DNA of 32,000 nucleotides from Candidatus Heimdallarchaeota archaeon (GTDB taxonomy: Archaea > Asgardarchaeota > Heimdallarchaeia > Heimdallarchaeales > Kariarchaeaceae): NCBI GenBank assembly GCA_030149205.1, contig JASBSB010000001.1:330001-362000 (forward strand). Direction: 5' to 3'. The translations under genes and the position numbers were made by a program. Positions 7,792-19,100 of the stretch are shown here, piece by piece (the first letter of the stretch is position 1; the number at the start of each line of letters is the position of its first letter). Under the pieces are notes generated by a model. It saw only the letters and a list, made by a program, of their open reading frames with translations, made no database searches and was not told the origin of the DNA.

Positions 7792-9492
7792 ATGACTGAG
7801 GTTCAAGAAGATATTCCAATGCCGTGGTTAAAGACCTCGGAGGGAATTAGAGCCATCCATTTGAATTATGAACATGTTAGCCCATTTGAATTTGTAAAAA
7901 GGAGAGGAGAACAAACACCAAAAGATCCAGCAATTATACCATTTAAGGGAAATCCAGTTTCCTGTGGAGAATTACTAACTTCGATTAAGAAATTTCAGGT
8001 TGTGTTAAAGGAACTTGGTATAGTTAAAGGGGACAGAGTGGCAATTATGCTTCCAAATACCCCACATTATGTGATAGCACATTATGCCATCTTATCAATG
8101 GGGGCAATTGTGGTTCAAGCAAACCCACTTTACACTGAAAGAGAACTTAAGCATCAAATGGATGACTCTGGTTCAAAACTAATTATTACTCTAACGAGTT
8201 TCCAAGAAAAGGCAAATATTGTAATGAAAGAGACTGCTCTCGAAAAAGTTGTACTATGTAATATTGGGGATTACATGAAGACAATTATTCATTTTTTAGG
8301 AAGCAAAATCTTGAAAAAATTTGAAGATCCAAAAATGAAAACACTAGATAATAATTTCAATTTTATAGATCTAATGAATAAAGCAGATATATCAAAATTC
8401 GAGGAAGCTCAGGTAGATATTGAAAATGATGTCGCTATATTGCAATACACAGGAGGTACGACAGGAGTGTCAAAAGGTGCAATGCTTACACACAAAAATG
8501 TCAGCTATAATGCGCAACAGAGTCGTGAGATATTTCGAACTGTACCAGAGGGTCAGGGAAGTGTTTTAACTGCTTTGCCTATGTTTCACAGTTTTGGACT
8601 GACTGCTTGTATGAATATTTCATTTCAGTTGAAAGTCCCGATGGTTCTTATGATCAGATTTAATGTCCCAGATGCCTTAAAGTTAATTGAGAGTCAAAAG
8701 ATAACCTTTTTCCCTGGTGTTCCTACGATGCTGATTGCAATGCTTCATAGTCCAGATGTCAAAAAATTCGATCTTAGCTCTCTAATTGCTGTTATCTCTG
8801 GTGGCGCTCCCCTTCCAATTCAAGTGGCGAGAGAATTTAAACAGATTACAGGAGGAGATCTTGTTGAGGGCTATGGTTTGTCTGAGACTTCACCAGTGGT
8901 ATTCGCAAACCCTATAGGTTCAGATAAGTTCACTTTAAGAGAGGGTAGTGTAGGGATCCCTGCCCCGGACACAATCTGTAAAATCACAGATAGTGAGGAT
9001 CCAAAGAAAAACCTTCCACTTGGTGAGGTTGGAGAAATATGCCTCAAAGGTCCTCAGGTAATGAGAGGATATTGGAACCGTGAGGAAGAGACTGCAAAAA
9101 CACTGATAGATGGATGGCTACACACTGGAGATATCGGCAGGTTAGATGAAGATGGATACCTGTATATTGTTGATCGAAAGAAGGATTTAATTATTGTGTC
9201 TGGATTTAATGTGGTTCCACGAGAGGTAGAAGAAGTTCTTTATGAAAATCCAAAGGTCTTAGAAGCTGCTGTTGCAGGTCTTCCACATGAAGAGAAAGGA
9301 GAAATGGTGACTGCTTGGATTGTTCTAAAGACTGGCGAAACCTCATCTAAGGAAGAGATCCGAGAATATTGCAAGGAGAAGCTAGCACCATATAAAGTCC
9401 CACGAGAGGTTTACTTCAAAGATGAACTTCCTAAATCGATGATTGGCAAAGTATTGCGAAGAAAGCTTGTTGAAGAATACACAAAGAAATAG
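7792..9492 (+). CDS. Long-chain acyl-CoA synthetase (FadD/LcfA-like AMP-binding enzyme)
   Basis: LQYTGGTTGVSKGAMLTH, EGYGLSETSP, GWLHTGDIG, DRKKDLIIVSGFNV, LPKSMIGKVLRR. Confidence 0.95.
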   Translation: MTEVQEDIPMPWLKTSEGIRAIHLNYEHVSPFEFVKRRGEQTPKDPAIIPFKGNPVSCGELLTSIKKFQVVLKELGIVKGDRVAIMLPNTPHYVIAHYAILSMGAIVVQANPLYTERELKHQMDDSGSKLIITLTSFQEKANIVMKETALEKVVLCNIGDYMKTIIHFLGSKILKKFEDPKMKTLDNNFNFIDLMNKADISKFEEAQVDIENDVAILQYTGGTTGVSKGAMLTHKNVSYNAQQSREIFRTVPEGQGSVLTALPMFHSFGLTACMNISFQLKVPMVLMIRFNVPDALKLIESQKITFFPGVPTMLIAMLHSPDVKKFDLSSLIAVISGGAPLPIQVAREFKQITGGDLVEGYGLSETSPVVFANPIGSDKFTLREGSVGIPAPDTICKITDSEDPKKNLPLGEVGEICLKGPQVMRGYWNREEETAKTLIDGWLHTGDIGRLDEDGYLYIVDRKKDLIIVSGFNVVPREVEEVLYENPKVLEAAVAGLPHEEKGEMVTAWIVLKTGETSSKEEIREYCKEKLAPYKVPREVYFKDELPKSMIGKVLRRKLVEEYTKK

Positions 9493-9549
9493 AGTCACCT
9501 AAGACAATTAAACATTAATTTTTTATTACTTCCAGTTATATTAATCATT

Positions 9550-9924
9550 ATGGGAATCCCAGATCAAGTAAAAAGATTATCAAATGCAGATGAAATAGGT
9601 GAAAAATTGTATAAACATAATTGGACAAGAATCATTGACACTATGGCAGAAATTGATCCAGTATTTGCCACTTATGTAAAAGAAATAGCTTATGGCTCTG
9701 TCTATCCGTTACAGTCAGTAGATTTGAAGACTAAAGAGTTTGTTGCGATTAGTGTCTTAACAACCCTTCAGCTCAAACCTCAGTTAAAATCACATATTAT
9801 AGCTCTTAAAAATCTTGGAATCACACATGAACAGGTTAAGGAGGTAATGCTATTAATCGCTATGTACACTGGATTTCCAAAGGTACTGGAAGCCTTAAAA
9901 ATTGTTAGTGAAGTATATGAATAG
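9550..9924 (+). CDS. Carboxymuconolactone decarboxylase (CMD/PcaC-like) family protein
   Basis: VDLKTKEFVAISVL, QLKSHI, GITHEQVKEVMLLIAMYTGFP; no CxxC. Confidence 0.85.
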   Translation: MGIPDQVKRLSNADEIGEKLYKHNWTRIIDTMAEIDPVFATYVKEIAYGSVYPLQSVDLKTKEFVAISVLTTLQLKPQLKSHIIALKNLGITHEQVKEVMLLIAMYTGFPKVLEALKIVSEVYE

Positions 9925-9932
9925 AATTACTT

Positions 9933-10642
9933 TCAAAGTAATTGAATAATCCGTTCTCTGAGTTCATCTATTGTGGATGCTTCAGTTTGAAATTCAAGCA
10001 CCTGAACATCTGAATCATATTGTATAGTCAAAAATTTTCTTTGGACATGTACAAGCCTGACAGTTTCCAGACTATTTATTGTGAATTTATACCTTTTTAG
10101 AAGTTTTACAAGAAAATCATGATGATCAGTGTTCATATGTTCAATCACCTCTAAAAATTCAGATCTTGACAATTTATAATTTGACAAATAATCTTCTCTG
10201 GGAACCCAAAAAATTTTACCAAATCCTCCAATAAACCTGATTTTGACAATAGAAAGCCTATAAATGTTGAAATCATGGAACTCTTTGTATTTACTTGAAG
10301 ACGGAAATCGAGTAGTGTAGATTTTGAAGGTATTATCAAACTCTTCTTGAGGAACAATGGTAGCATCCCCAATTAGAGTCAATCTTGCAGAATTTTGGAT
10401 ATTGATTCTATTTGGGGCAACGATGGTCAAAGCACAACTAGGATTAGAATCTAAATTTTTCTGTGTTCAGCTAATGTACTGATATAGAACAGTAATGACC
10501 CATCGCTATCAACCACAAAAGGCATAAGGGAACCGAAGGGATAGCCATCAGTTGATTTACTGAAAGAAGATAAAACACCAAATGGAATGGTTTGGATCAT
10601 AGAAATAACTTCTTTTCTATAATCATAGGATTGAACTTCCAT
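9933..10642 (-). pseudogene. HugZ/pyridoxamine 5'-phosphate oxidase-like split-barrel protein with C-terminal DUF2470-like domain, interrupted by a single-base frameshift at 10456-10460 (true pseudogene or sequence error)
   Basis: The upstream ORF ends GYPFGSLMPF...ISTLAEHRKI-stop. Adding one A to the A5 run gives AEHRKNLDSNPSCALTIV...ARLTLIG...FHDFNIYRL...FIGGFGKIFWV...IEHMNTDH, a contiguous 236-aa family-typical protein from ATG 10642. Confidence 0.85.
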
Positions 10643-10813
10643 GTAATTAAAGATTAACTCAATCATTTTACATTTTCGGTCGGAAAACAAAATTTACTAG
10701 TAAGAATTTTTGAAGGAATTAATTAACTTAATTTTCTCAGACATAGAGATAAAATTTACAGACCATGAAAATTTAATACTCAGACTTAAAAAAAATAAAT
10801 CAGTTAAATAATT

Positions 10814-12541
10814 ATGATCGCAAATAATGGGGGAGATCTAGTGGCATTAGCATTGAGAGAACACTCCGTTACTCAAATTTTTACACTTTGTGGGGGTCAC
10901 ATCTCTCCCATTTTAACTGGATGTGAAAAGGTTGGGATCTCCGTCTATGATGTAAGAAAGGAAGACACTGCCGTTTTTGCAGCAGATGCTAATTTTAGGT
11001 TTACCGGTATACCAGGAATTGCAGCAGTTACTGCTGGACCAGGGTTGACTAATACACTGACTGCTCTAAAGAATGCCCAAATGGCACACTCACCTCTACT
11101 TTTGTTTTCAGGGGCAGCAGCCACTATATTGAAAGGGCGTGGATCCCTTCAGGATATTGATCAGATTCGGATTGTTAAGCCATTTACGAAGGCACAGTTT
11201 AGAGTCACAAGAACAAAAGATATTGTAGGGACTATCTCAGAAGCATTTTTTGTTTCACAGAGTGGTGTTCCAGGACCCGTGTTTATTGAATTACCGATTG
11301 ATTTACTCTACCCTGAAAACATTGTGCGAGAATGGTATTTAAAAGATAGCAAAAATGCAAAATCTATTACCTCTAAGGTCTTTAATTGGTACCTGCGAAA
11401 TCACCTTAACAAAATGTACGTAAATACAAATTACAAACCAGATATTGATGTTTTACCAATTGAGTACAAAGTTGCTTCAAGATCAGATGTTCAAAAATCT
11501 CAAGAATTAATCAATGCGGCAAACAAACCTGTTTTGATTATTGGGAGTCAAATAATTAATAACAGAAATCTCGTGAATCAAATTAAAGACTTAGTTGAAG
11601 AGTTAGGAATCCCAGTGTATCTATCAGGAAGCGCAAGAGGAATTCTAGGAAGAGAACACCCACTCCAATTCAGACACAAAAGAAGTAAAGCCTTGAGGGA
11701 GGCTGATTTAATTTTATTGCTTGGTGTTCCCATGGATTTTCGCCTTAACTATGGGAGGTCTTTAAATCGAAAATCTCCACTAATAATAGTAAACCTTTCA
11801 AGAGATGATCTTAACTTAAACAATAACTTCAAAAAACCAACCTTAAAGATATTAGCTGACCCTGCATCCTACCTCAAGCAAATTTCGAAAAAACCAACCA
11901 AAGAGTATGTGGAGTGGGTAGAAAAACTTCAAGCTAATGAAAAAGAGAGGATTCAACAAATCGAAGGGTTTGCTGATATTAGCTACAATAAAACAAATCC
12001 AATTCGACTATTCATGGAGCTAGAAACTCTACTTCCAGAACAAACCATCTTTGTGGGAGATGGAGGTGATTTCTTAGCTACAGGCTCTTATATTTTAAAG
12101 CCTCGACTACCCAGGGGATGGATTGACCCAGGAGTATTTGGGACGCTAGGTGGGGGGGCTGGATTTGCCTTGGCTGCACAGATTTGTAATCCAGAAAAGA
12201 AGGTGGTTATACTTTATGGTGATGGAGCCTCAGGGTATAGTCTCATAGAATATGATAGTTTTGTTCGTCATAACCTGCCAATTTTAGGAATAGTGGGGAA
12301 TGATGCAGGGTGGACACAAATTGAGAGAGACCAAATCGAAATCTTAGAAAGTGATGTGGGAACGGTTCTCAATCATTCAGCATATGAGAAAGTTAGTATT
12401 GCACTTGGTGGAGAGGGAGAATTAATATCCTCAGATGAAGATCTAGTTCAATTATCAAAATATATAGCTAACTCTAAACCAAGATTATTGAATGTAATTT
12501 TAGCAAAGACAGAATTTAGGAAGGGATCAATTTCAATGTAA
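10814..12541 (+). CDS. ThDP-dependent enzyme, acetolactate synthase-like; closest recalled relative is eukaryotic ILVBL/HACL2 (2-hydroxyacyl-CoA lyase-like)
   Basis: [21 protein letters not shown] (catalytic Glu), [26 protein letters not shown], ThDP motif [18 protein letters not shown]...GND, C-terminal [10 protein letters not shown]. Confidence 0.9.
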   Translation: MIANNGGDLVALALREHSVTQIFTLCGGHISPILTGCEKVGISVYDVRKEDTAVFAADANFRFTGIPGIAAVTAGPGLTNTLTALKNAQMAHSPLLLFSGAAATILKGRGSLQDIDQIRIVKPFTKAQFRVTRTKDIVGTISEAFFVSQSGVPGPVFIELPIDLLYPENIVREWYLKDSKNAKSITSKVFNWYLRNHLNKMYVNTNYKPDIDVLPIEYKVASRSDVQKSQELINAANKPVLIIGSQIINNRNLVNQIKDLVEELGIPVYLSGSARGILGREHPLQFRHKRSKALREADLILLLGVPMDFRLNYGRSLNRKSPLIIVNLSRDDLNLNNNFKKPTLKILADPASYLKQISKKPTKEYVEWVEKLQANEKERIQQIEGFADISYNKTNPIRLFMELETLLPEQTIFVGDGGDFLATGSYILKPRLPRGWIDPGVFGTLGGGAGFALAAQICNPEKKVVILYGDGASGYSLIEYDSFVRHNLPILGIVGNDAGWTQIERDQIEILESDVGTVLNHSAYEKVSIALGGEGELISSDEDLVQLSKYIANSKPRLLNVILAKTEFRKGSISM

Positions 12542-12545
12542 GCAA

Positions 12546-12562
12546 TCTCCCAAAATGGGAGA
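12546..12562 (+). terminator. Perfect hairpin just after the ILVBL-like stop codon; possible terminator
   Basis: TCTCCCA-AAA-TGGGAGA (7-bp stem), followed about 10 nt later by GTTTTT. Confidence 0.4.
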
Positions 12563-12617
12563 ACATTATCGTTTTTCTACCAAAATATTTCTATGTCGTA
12601 CATAAAATTCAAACCTG

Positions 12618-14975
12618 TTGAGCTTAATTACCCTACTTATACCTCCCTTGGCAATTTTTTTTAGTGGATTCTATCTTTATGCAATAATTAAACGGTTTTA
12701 TATTATAGAATTGACGCCTTTAGAGGTTTTGATTGGTTCTATTACATTGGGATTTTTTGGCCTTGTGGTTCCAGACATTTTAGTTACTCTTCTACTTAAT
12801 AATCAGCTTTTTAGAATAAATTACCTGTTCTTAACCTTTTTTTATATGGGATCAATCTATTATATCATAAAATTTATGTTAAAATTTTCAAATTATGTTG
12901 AGAAAATTCAAGATAGTTTTATTTTGAGCCGAGAAAAATTCATTGAACGGGTTTCCAATCTATTGGAGTCAGCCCCAAACATCAAAAACACACAATTCAC
13001 TAATTATTTATACATTATCCTCACGGGTTTAATTTTAAATTATGTTTTCATTGCCTTTTTTGCACCTATGAGGGGGTGGGACGCATTGCATTTTTACATA
13101 CCCAACGGATACTATTTTTATTTGATTAATGGTTTTCCGAGCTCTTACAATCCGCTAAACTTCTTCCTACCATTTAAGTCACCGTTGAATTCATTATACA
13201 TATCATTTTCATATTATGTAAATGGAGAGTTTTCAGCTCAACTTATACCTTTACTCTTTTTTGTTGGATTGATTTTAACCACCTATTTACTCTCTAAGGA
13301 ACTTGGTATGTCTAAGAACACAGGTTTAATAAATGTGATAATTCTTCTTTCACTTCCAATTACATTTGAATTCATTTTTGATTTTGCATATTATCAAGAC
13401 CTTCCCCTTGGATTTTTCTATTCATCACTCTTTTACTTTTTCATTAAGTATCAAAAAAATCCAAGCCAACATTATTATCTTCTGTTTGCTTCTGTAAGTA
13501 CAGTTCTTTTACCCTTATCAAAATTATCTGGGTTTATTGCTCCATTGATATTGTTTTTGTCTTTTAGGAACACCTCAAAGACTATAACGCTTACTCAAAG
13601 AATCGTTCTATTCCTTTTAAGTGCTTTCTTAGCCTATAAAGCCTCTACAAACTATTTCATAGGGATAGGGGTATTTGTTTCAATTTTGGGGGTAAGTTTG
13701 CTATATCTAAACTTTAAAAGTGTAGAGACAAGCTTTACCAAAAAATCTTGGCTTTATATTGTTCTAACACTCATTGCAGGAATTGTCACCACAGGAATAT
13801 GGATTACTCAGATTGTTAAATTCCCAAGTATCAGAGATGGACTTTATTCCCTCTTTTTTGATGTAAGTTCAAATTCTACGATACAGTTCAGTCTGGGTCT
13901 ACTTGTAAGTCCACCATTGGCATACTTTGAAAATGCCCATGCTGCCTCATATCTTACAATATTTGGAGTTTTGTTCTTTGCAAATGCATTCAACACATTT
14001 TTGGTTTTGCCCAAACTTATTGGATTAGGATGGTTGATTAAGGAAGGGAGTAAACAGCCCTCAGTGTTTACAATTATCAGCTGGATGACTTTATTTTTTA
14101 TGTTTTGGCTTGCATATTTTCCAGTTGTGTCGGTTCGGTATCTTATGCCAATTTTGGTTCCAGTAGTCCTGATGACAGGAAAAGGTATTGAACTAACGGT
14201 GAAGCAAATTTACAAGAACAAAAACACCCAAGAAGATAAATGGTCAACTAGCCAACAAATCATTACTATTATCCTGGTTTTATCAAATTTCATTGGGTAT
14301 TATCCATTCATACCTTTTGATCAACTCTTTGCTGACTACAATTATCGAATATTCTTCTTTCATAAGTTTATTTTTATTACGTTATTGTATGTTCTATGTT
14401 TTTATATAATACTCTTATTCCCTCTGTTGTATCCAATTGATCAAAAAAGCCATTTAAAAAAATATGTAATTCCCTATGATCCACCGAGGCTTAAAAGGAT
14501 ATTAACGCTAACTCTTATATTTTTATTTTTCCTTCCGTTTCTTCTCCAGCTTGGGTTTTTGATCACAAACGGGTTAAATGTTAACACATATCAAGCGAAT
14601 TTCTACTATTCTGCAAGACCTGGAAGAGAGGAATTAAACTCGTTTTTATCAAATTTACAAATTTCACAAAAATCTGGAATGGTTGGAGTTAACATACCTG
14701 GAATAGAGGTCATCACAACGAGAGCATTCCTTGATCTTATTTTGATAGATCAGATCCCAACTATTAGCAAGCCCTTGAAATCAACAAACATAACAAATGT
14801 GATAAATGAATTGAAGAGGTTATCAATTGATATATTCATAGGTCTAGAACCTAAGAATTCCTTCTTTCAAGCATATAATAGTAGTTTTGTAAATAAGTAT
14901 CCATTTATTAGATTTGTTCAGACACATAATTCACCAATATTTGTCAACTCAGAATTTTCTGTATACCTCTTATAA
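12618..14975 (+). CDS. Large multipass membrane protein, probable GT-C fold glycosyltransferase (PMT/ArnT-like)
   Basis: More than 15 hydrophobic segments; first-loop motif PMRGWDALHFY; YYQDLPLGFF; LSKLSG; VSVRYLMP; soluble C-terminal domain. TTG start is uncertain. Confidence 0.6.
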   Translation: MSLITLLIPPLAIFFSGFYLYAIIKRFYIIELTPLEVLIGSITLGFFGLVVPDILVTLLLNNQLFRINYLFLTFFYMGSIYYIIKFMLKFSNYVEKIQDSFILSREKFIERVSNLLESAPNIKNTQFTNYLYIILTGLILNYVFIAFFAPMRGWDALHFYIPNGYYFYLINGFPSSYNPLNFFLPFKSPLNSLYISFSYYVNGEFSAQLIPLLFFVGLILTTYLLSKELGMSKNTGLINVIILLSLPITFEFIFDFAYYQDLPLGFFYSSLFYFFIKYQKNPSQHYYLLFASVSTVLLPLSKLSGFIAPLILFLSFRNTSKTITLTQRIVLFLLSAFLAYKASTNYFIGIGVFVSILGVSLLYLNFKSVETSFTKKSWLYIVLTLIAGIVTTGIWITQIVKFPSIRDGLYSLFFDVSSNSTIQFSLGLLVSPPLAYFENAHAASYLTIFGVLFFANAFNTFLVLPKLIGLGWLIKEGSKQPSVFTIISWMTLFFMFWLAYFPVVSVRYLMPILVPVVLMTGKGIELTVKQIYKNKNTQEDKWSTSQQIITIILVLSNFIGYYPFIPFDQLFADYNYRIFFFHKFIFITLLYVLCFYIILLFPLLYPIDQKSHLKKYVIPYDPPRLKRILTLTLIFLFFLPFLLQLGFLITNGLNVNTYQANFYYSARPGREELNSFLSNLQISQKSGMVGVNIPGIEVITTRAFLDLILIDQIPTISKPLKSTNITNVINELKRLSIDIFIGLEPKNSFFQAYNSSFVNKYPFIRFVQTHNSPIFVNSEFSVYLL

Positions 14976-15025
14976 CTTGTTTTCCATTTAGCAAATATAA
15001 TAAATGTGAGAATAAAGATAAGTGT

Positions 15026-16177
15026 GTGCTGTCCTTAGAATATTTCTTCAAAAATAGCACAAAGTTAAAAGTGTTATTTATTGTGATAGTATTAACACTT
15101 TCTATGTTTCTATTTACGAGTGTTTTGATCAATGGGTTAACGGTTGAATTCAATGCAATCAGCAACAAACTTACACAATCAACCTCAATAATCGAAATAC
15201 AGACTAACACAAATGGTTCATTTACAAGTTCTCAGCTTACTCAAATTTATAGCACCTTCTCCTTTTTTGGGATTGAAAGTTTAGATTCCGTTGCACAAAA
15301 GACCAGCTCAAATTCAACGCAACCCCTAAAGCTTCCTTTTAAATTTGTTTTTTATCAACATACTATGTCCAACTTAAATATTCTAAATTCAACAATATCT
15401 GTACCCTTATTTATATTCAATTCAACAACACTAAGGTATCCAAACGTGAATGGGTCAAAAATGATGGCTGATCTTAACACATTTGAATTCCTAAACTCTC
15501 AAACTCAATCAAATCAGAGCCAGATTAACTTCAATTTAGGAGCGTCATATATTAATAAATCAATGGAACTTGTTAATGGAGGTAACCTACCATTCCTAGG
15601 CTTTTATTTAACAACATCAACTCAGAACAGAATCTTTAATTCAGTTCTTCTTACAAAGCAATTTGGGTCTGAGGTTAACTCCGCTGATATCAAACGATTA
15701 ATTTCCTCCTTAAAGAAAGTTCCAGGGCTTGAAGTGGTTACTGATGTTTCACTCAACAATTATCTTTCTAATTCTAATGCTCAATTAATCTTGGTTCTTA
15801 ATCTGTTCTTGGTTATGATCCTTTCTCTAATCGTTATCTCTTCAGTTAATGTTTCTTATTTACTGCTTAGTGAAAGTCTTCCAGAAATAAAAATATTAAA
15901 AGATCTTGGCTTTTCCAGATTCCAGAGAGTAAATATATTCTTATTTCAGTTTGTACTTACTGCCATTCTTGGTGGTATTACTGCATCAATTTTGAGTGTT
16001 GCTATGTTTCAATTGATCTTCTCTGGATTAGGTATTATTTCTGAAACGATATATATTTCACCGATAATAAATGTTGAGGGATTGATATTACCCATAATTG
16101 GGAGTGTTATTGTAGTTTTGTTTGGGAGTTTAATTAGTTTAATTATAATTCAATATAATACGGGGGAAATATTTTGA
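15026..16177 (+). CDS. FtsX/MacB/LolE-like ABC permease
   Basis: N-terminal TM, extracellular domain, then three TMs with EIKILKDLGFSRFQRVNIFLFQ (FtsX-type loop); GTG start. Confidence 0.75.
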   Translation: MLSLEYFFKNSTKLKVLFIVIVLTLSMFLFTSVLINGLTVEFNAISNKLTQSTSIIEIQTNTNGSFTSSQLTQIYSTFSFFGIESLDSVAQKTSSNSTQPLKLPFKFVFYQHTMSNLNILNSTISVPLFIFNSTTLRYPNVNGSKMMADLNTFEFLNSQTQSNQSQINFNLGASYINKSMELVNGGNLPFLGFYLTTSTQNRIFNSVLLTKQFGSEVNSADIKRLISSLKKVPGLEVVTDVSLNNYLSNSNAQLILVLNLFLVMILSLIVISSVNVSYLLLSESLPEIKILKDLGFSRFQRVNIFLFQFVLTAILGGITASILSVAMFQLIFSGLGIISETIYISPIINVEGLILPIIGSVIVVLFGSLISLIIIQYNTGEIF

Positions 16178-19100
16178 AACTCCCAAAATTTGATTTTTTT
16201 CAACTGGAGTTTCCATACCCAGTTCCCAAAAGAAGATTGGTAACTTTATACATATCATTAATTTTATCTGCAACATTAATTTCTGGTACCGTCTTGATCA
16301 GTAATAACATCAATGCCACTCCAACTTCTCTCTATGAAAATTCTAACAACATCCTAGTCCTCCATGACACAACATCTTCAACCCCATTCACATCACATGT
16401 TTCAACACTATACCTCCAAACAATCAACCGTTTTAATGGTATACTGAATTATTCACCCGAAATTCTACAACCTGCATTGTTTGAGGGGAGGTCCGCTTTG
16501 TTCAGAGGTGTTGATTATCCTAGGTTTAAAGATATAGCTAAATCCGTAGAGATTGTCTCGAGTACAAAACCAATAAAATCATTGGGGCTAGTTGAGGGTC
16601 TTGTTTCACTTGATTTTAAGCAATTACATAAAGTTTCATTAGGTGGAACATACTCCTTACAATCAGCACTTACTGGTAGAACTATTCAAATTAGTATTAT
16701 TGGATTCTTCAAATCTTCAACAACTTATACCTCAGATATATTAATTAACATCAAATCAGCAACCTTTTTAGGGGATTATAATGGGTATTTCACACATATT
16801 CAAATTAAATATGATAATAACAAAATTTCAAAGGATGAATTGCGTCAGTTGCTTACCAGAGAAAACAGAATTCAGTTTAGAGTAAGTTATGATAATGGGA
16901 CACTTCCAACAGATAAAGTTCGATTTCTAATATATAATTCATTTTCAAATCCCATAGTAGACAAAATCGTTAATCAATCTGTTTTTTCAATATATCTCCC
17001 AGTAGGAATGTATCGTGTCACCATTCAGGTAAATGATCGTGAAACTAACAGTAGAGAATTCACCATTCTAAAAAATGAGAGCCTTGTCATATCTACGAAC
17101 CAGTTTCGAAAACTCGTAGAGTTCAATGCTGTTTATAAGAACACAAACTTACAATCTTTTTCACTTTTGACCTTTGATGAAAACAATCAACTGCTCTTAA
17201 CAAATTCTACAGCCAAGGGGAGAATCACTCAATCTTTATTGAACGACCAATTGTACAACTTTGGGGTATTACTCGGTTCTTCAATTTTCAAATTTCAGTC
17301 TATCGGCCTTCAAAGTCAAATCACATTTAATCTAACGAACAAGAATATTTTTAGCAACGTATTTCCCTTTCCAACTAATTTTAGATCATTTAGCTCAGAA
17401 TTTATTGTAGAACTACCCAAGAGCTATCAATCAAAATATATTCTGAACCTTCAATCCCAAAACGGAACACAGCTTAACCAAAATTTTCTGGTTATTCAGA
17501 AACAATTTATTTATTTTTATAATTTAAACTCAGGAAAATATGTTTTTTCTACATCTTTCAATAATACTAATGGGATTATCAAACTCGATGAACACAAATT
17601 TGAGGTAATTCTATCAAAATCTCCAATAGAAACAAATTTGTTCAATTATTCCAGTTATAACCCGGACACAACTGCTAAAGTTAAATTAATCACAGCTGAT
17701 ATTTCATCTGCAATTGTAACATTAAACAATGAAAATGTAAACATGCTCACTGTTAATCGATCTAGTCTAACTTTTAGATTACCACATGTTTATGGGTTCT
17801 ATCAGCTATCTGTAGAATTATATTCAGAATCACAAGGTAACCTTTCCAATACATATTACATATCTATCTCCCCACCCTCCCAAAAAGCTGGTTGGATGTC
17901 ACCTGACACAATTCCCTCAATTACTAATGAATCGACTCTTTATTTTTGGAGTAAAATACCAATTATAAGTTCAAACAGTTCGATAATGAAATTAACTCCA
18001 TACATAGGTAAATTTTTTATTAACAGCTCAATTTCAGTTGGAAATTACTTTTTTACTGCTAATTCTAAAAATGATAGCATCGTCTTACCATTTCAAGTTG
18101 TTGATTATTCAAAAATTATATCATTTAAAAACTCAACTAACGGTAAGTTACTGGTAAAAAACAATGATATAATCAAGACAGATAACCTGATACCTACGTA
18201 TAATTCAAATAACCTTAAACTATTTTTAAATAGCTCTAAGGATATGATTCAATCCAATGTCAAGGTTGATTTTCCAACTGGAGTTAACAAGATTCATCTT
18301 AATTTACAAGACAAACTGACGGGGTCCCCAGTTCTTAGTCTAAATTTCACAATAATTTCTGGATCCACCTCTAATCTTCTATTATATCCCAAGGATAATT
18401 TTCGAAATGAATCGTCGTCAAATATATTCAAATTAGATGGGAACTTTACCTATGATTTTAAATTTCTAAACGGAACAAAACTTAGCCCAATCTTTATTGG
18501 CAATCATGAGGTAATCCTCCCTCCAACATTTGTAAACATTACAATTTTTAACTCAAATTATCTGAATTCCATAATAATTAAGTTGGGGGCAGCAAATTAT
18601 CAAAATCGTTCAATCACCGCAAATACAATAGTTTCAACTTGGTACTCCTATATAGTTCTAAACCAATTTCACAACTTATCAATCTTGCCTGAAAATACAA
18701 TATACACGTTTTCAAACCAAACCCAACTATTAATGGGATATAAGAGGGTTGAATTGAATTATAATGCAACGGTTTCGAAATTCACAAATTTAACTGTAGT
18801 TCCTAATAAGATTAGTTTACTGAGATATAAAGTCCTTTTTCCAAATGGTACATTATCTTCAGAGATTCAATTTAATCATACAATTTTGTTTGTTGGAAAG
18901 GGTAATTATACTTTATTTTCAACTTGGACAGATACCTATGGGTTCCAACATAATAGTTCAGAGAAATTTTATGTTGGCGTGAATTTAGTCAGTTACAATG
19001 TTAAGTTCATGGGATTAAACAGATTTCCAAGCTCTCCTTTATTACTAACTTTCAAAAATTTATATGAACCAAATAAATTGACTACAGAAATTTCGAATGG

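Noticed and set aside
7792-9492. Calling the ligase a benzoate- or phenylacetate-CoA ligase
   Set aside because: Motifs and length are FadD-like; aromatic specificity cannot be supported from sequence.
10151-10372. 73-aa ORF on the minus strand
   Set aside because: Alternative frame inside the HugZ-like coding region.
10451-10462. Programmed -1 ribosomal frameshift
   Set aside because: No X XXY YYZ heptamer in the correct frame and no visible downstream stimulator; an error or mutation is simpler.
10643-10690. Upstream extension (ATG 10690) of ORF 10451-10690
   Set aside because: ATG 10642 gives a family-typical length; the extension has no homology signal and lies in the divergent promoter region.
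10814-12541. Calling the ThDP enzyme ilvB (biosynthetic AHAS)
   Set aside because: No regulatory subunit or ilv genes are nearby, and the sequence resembles ILVBL more.
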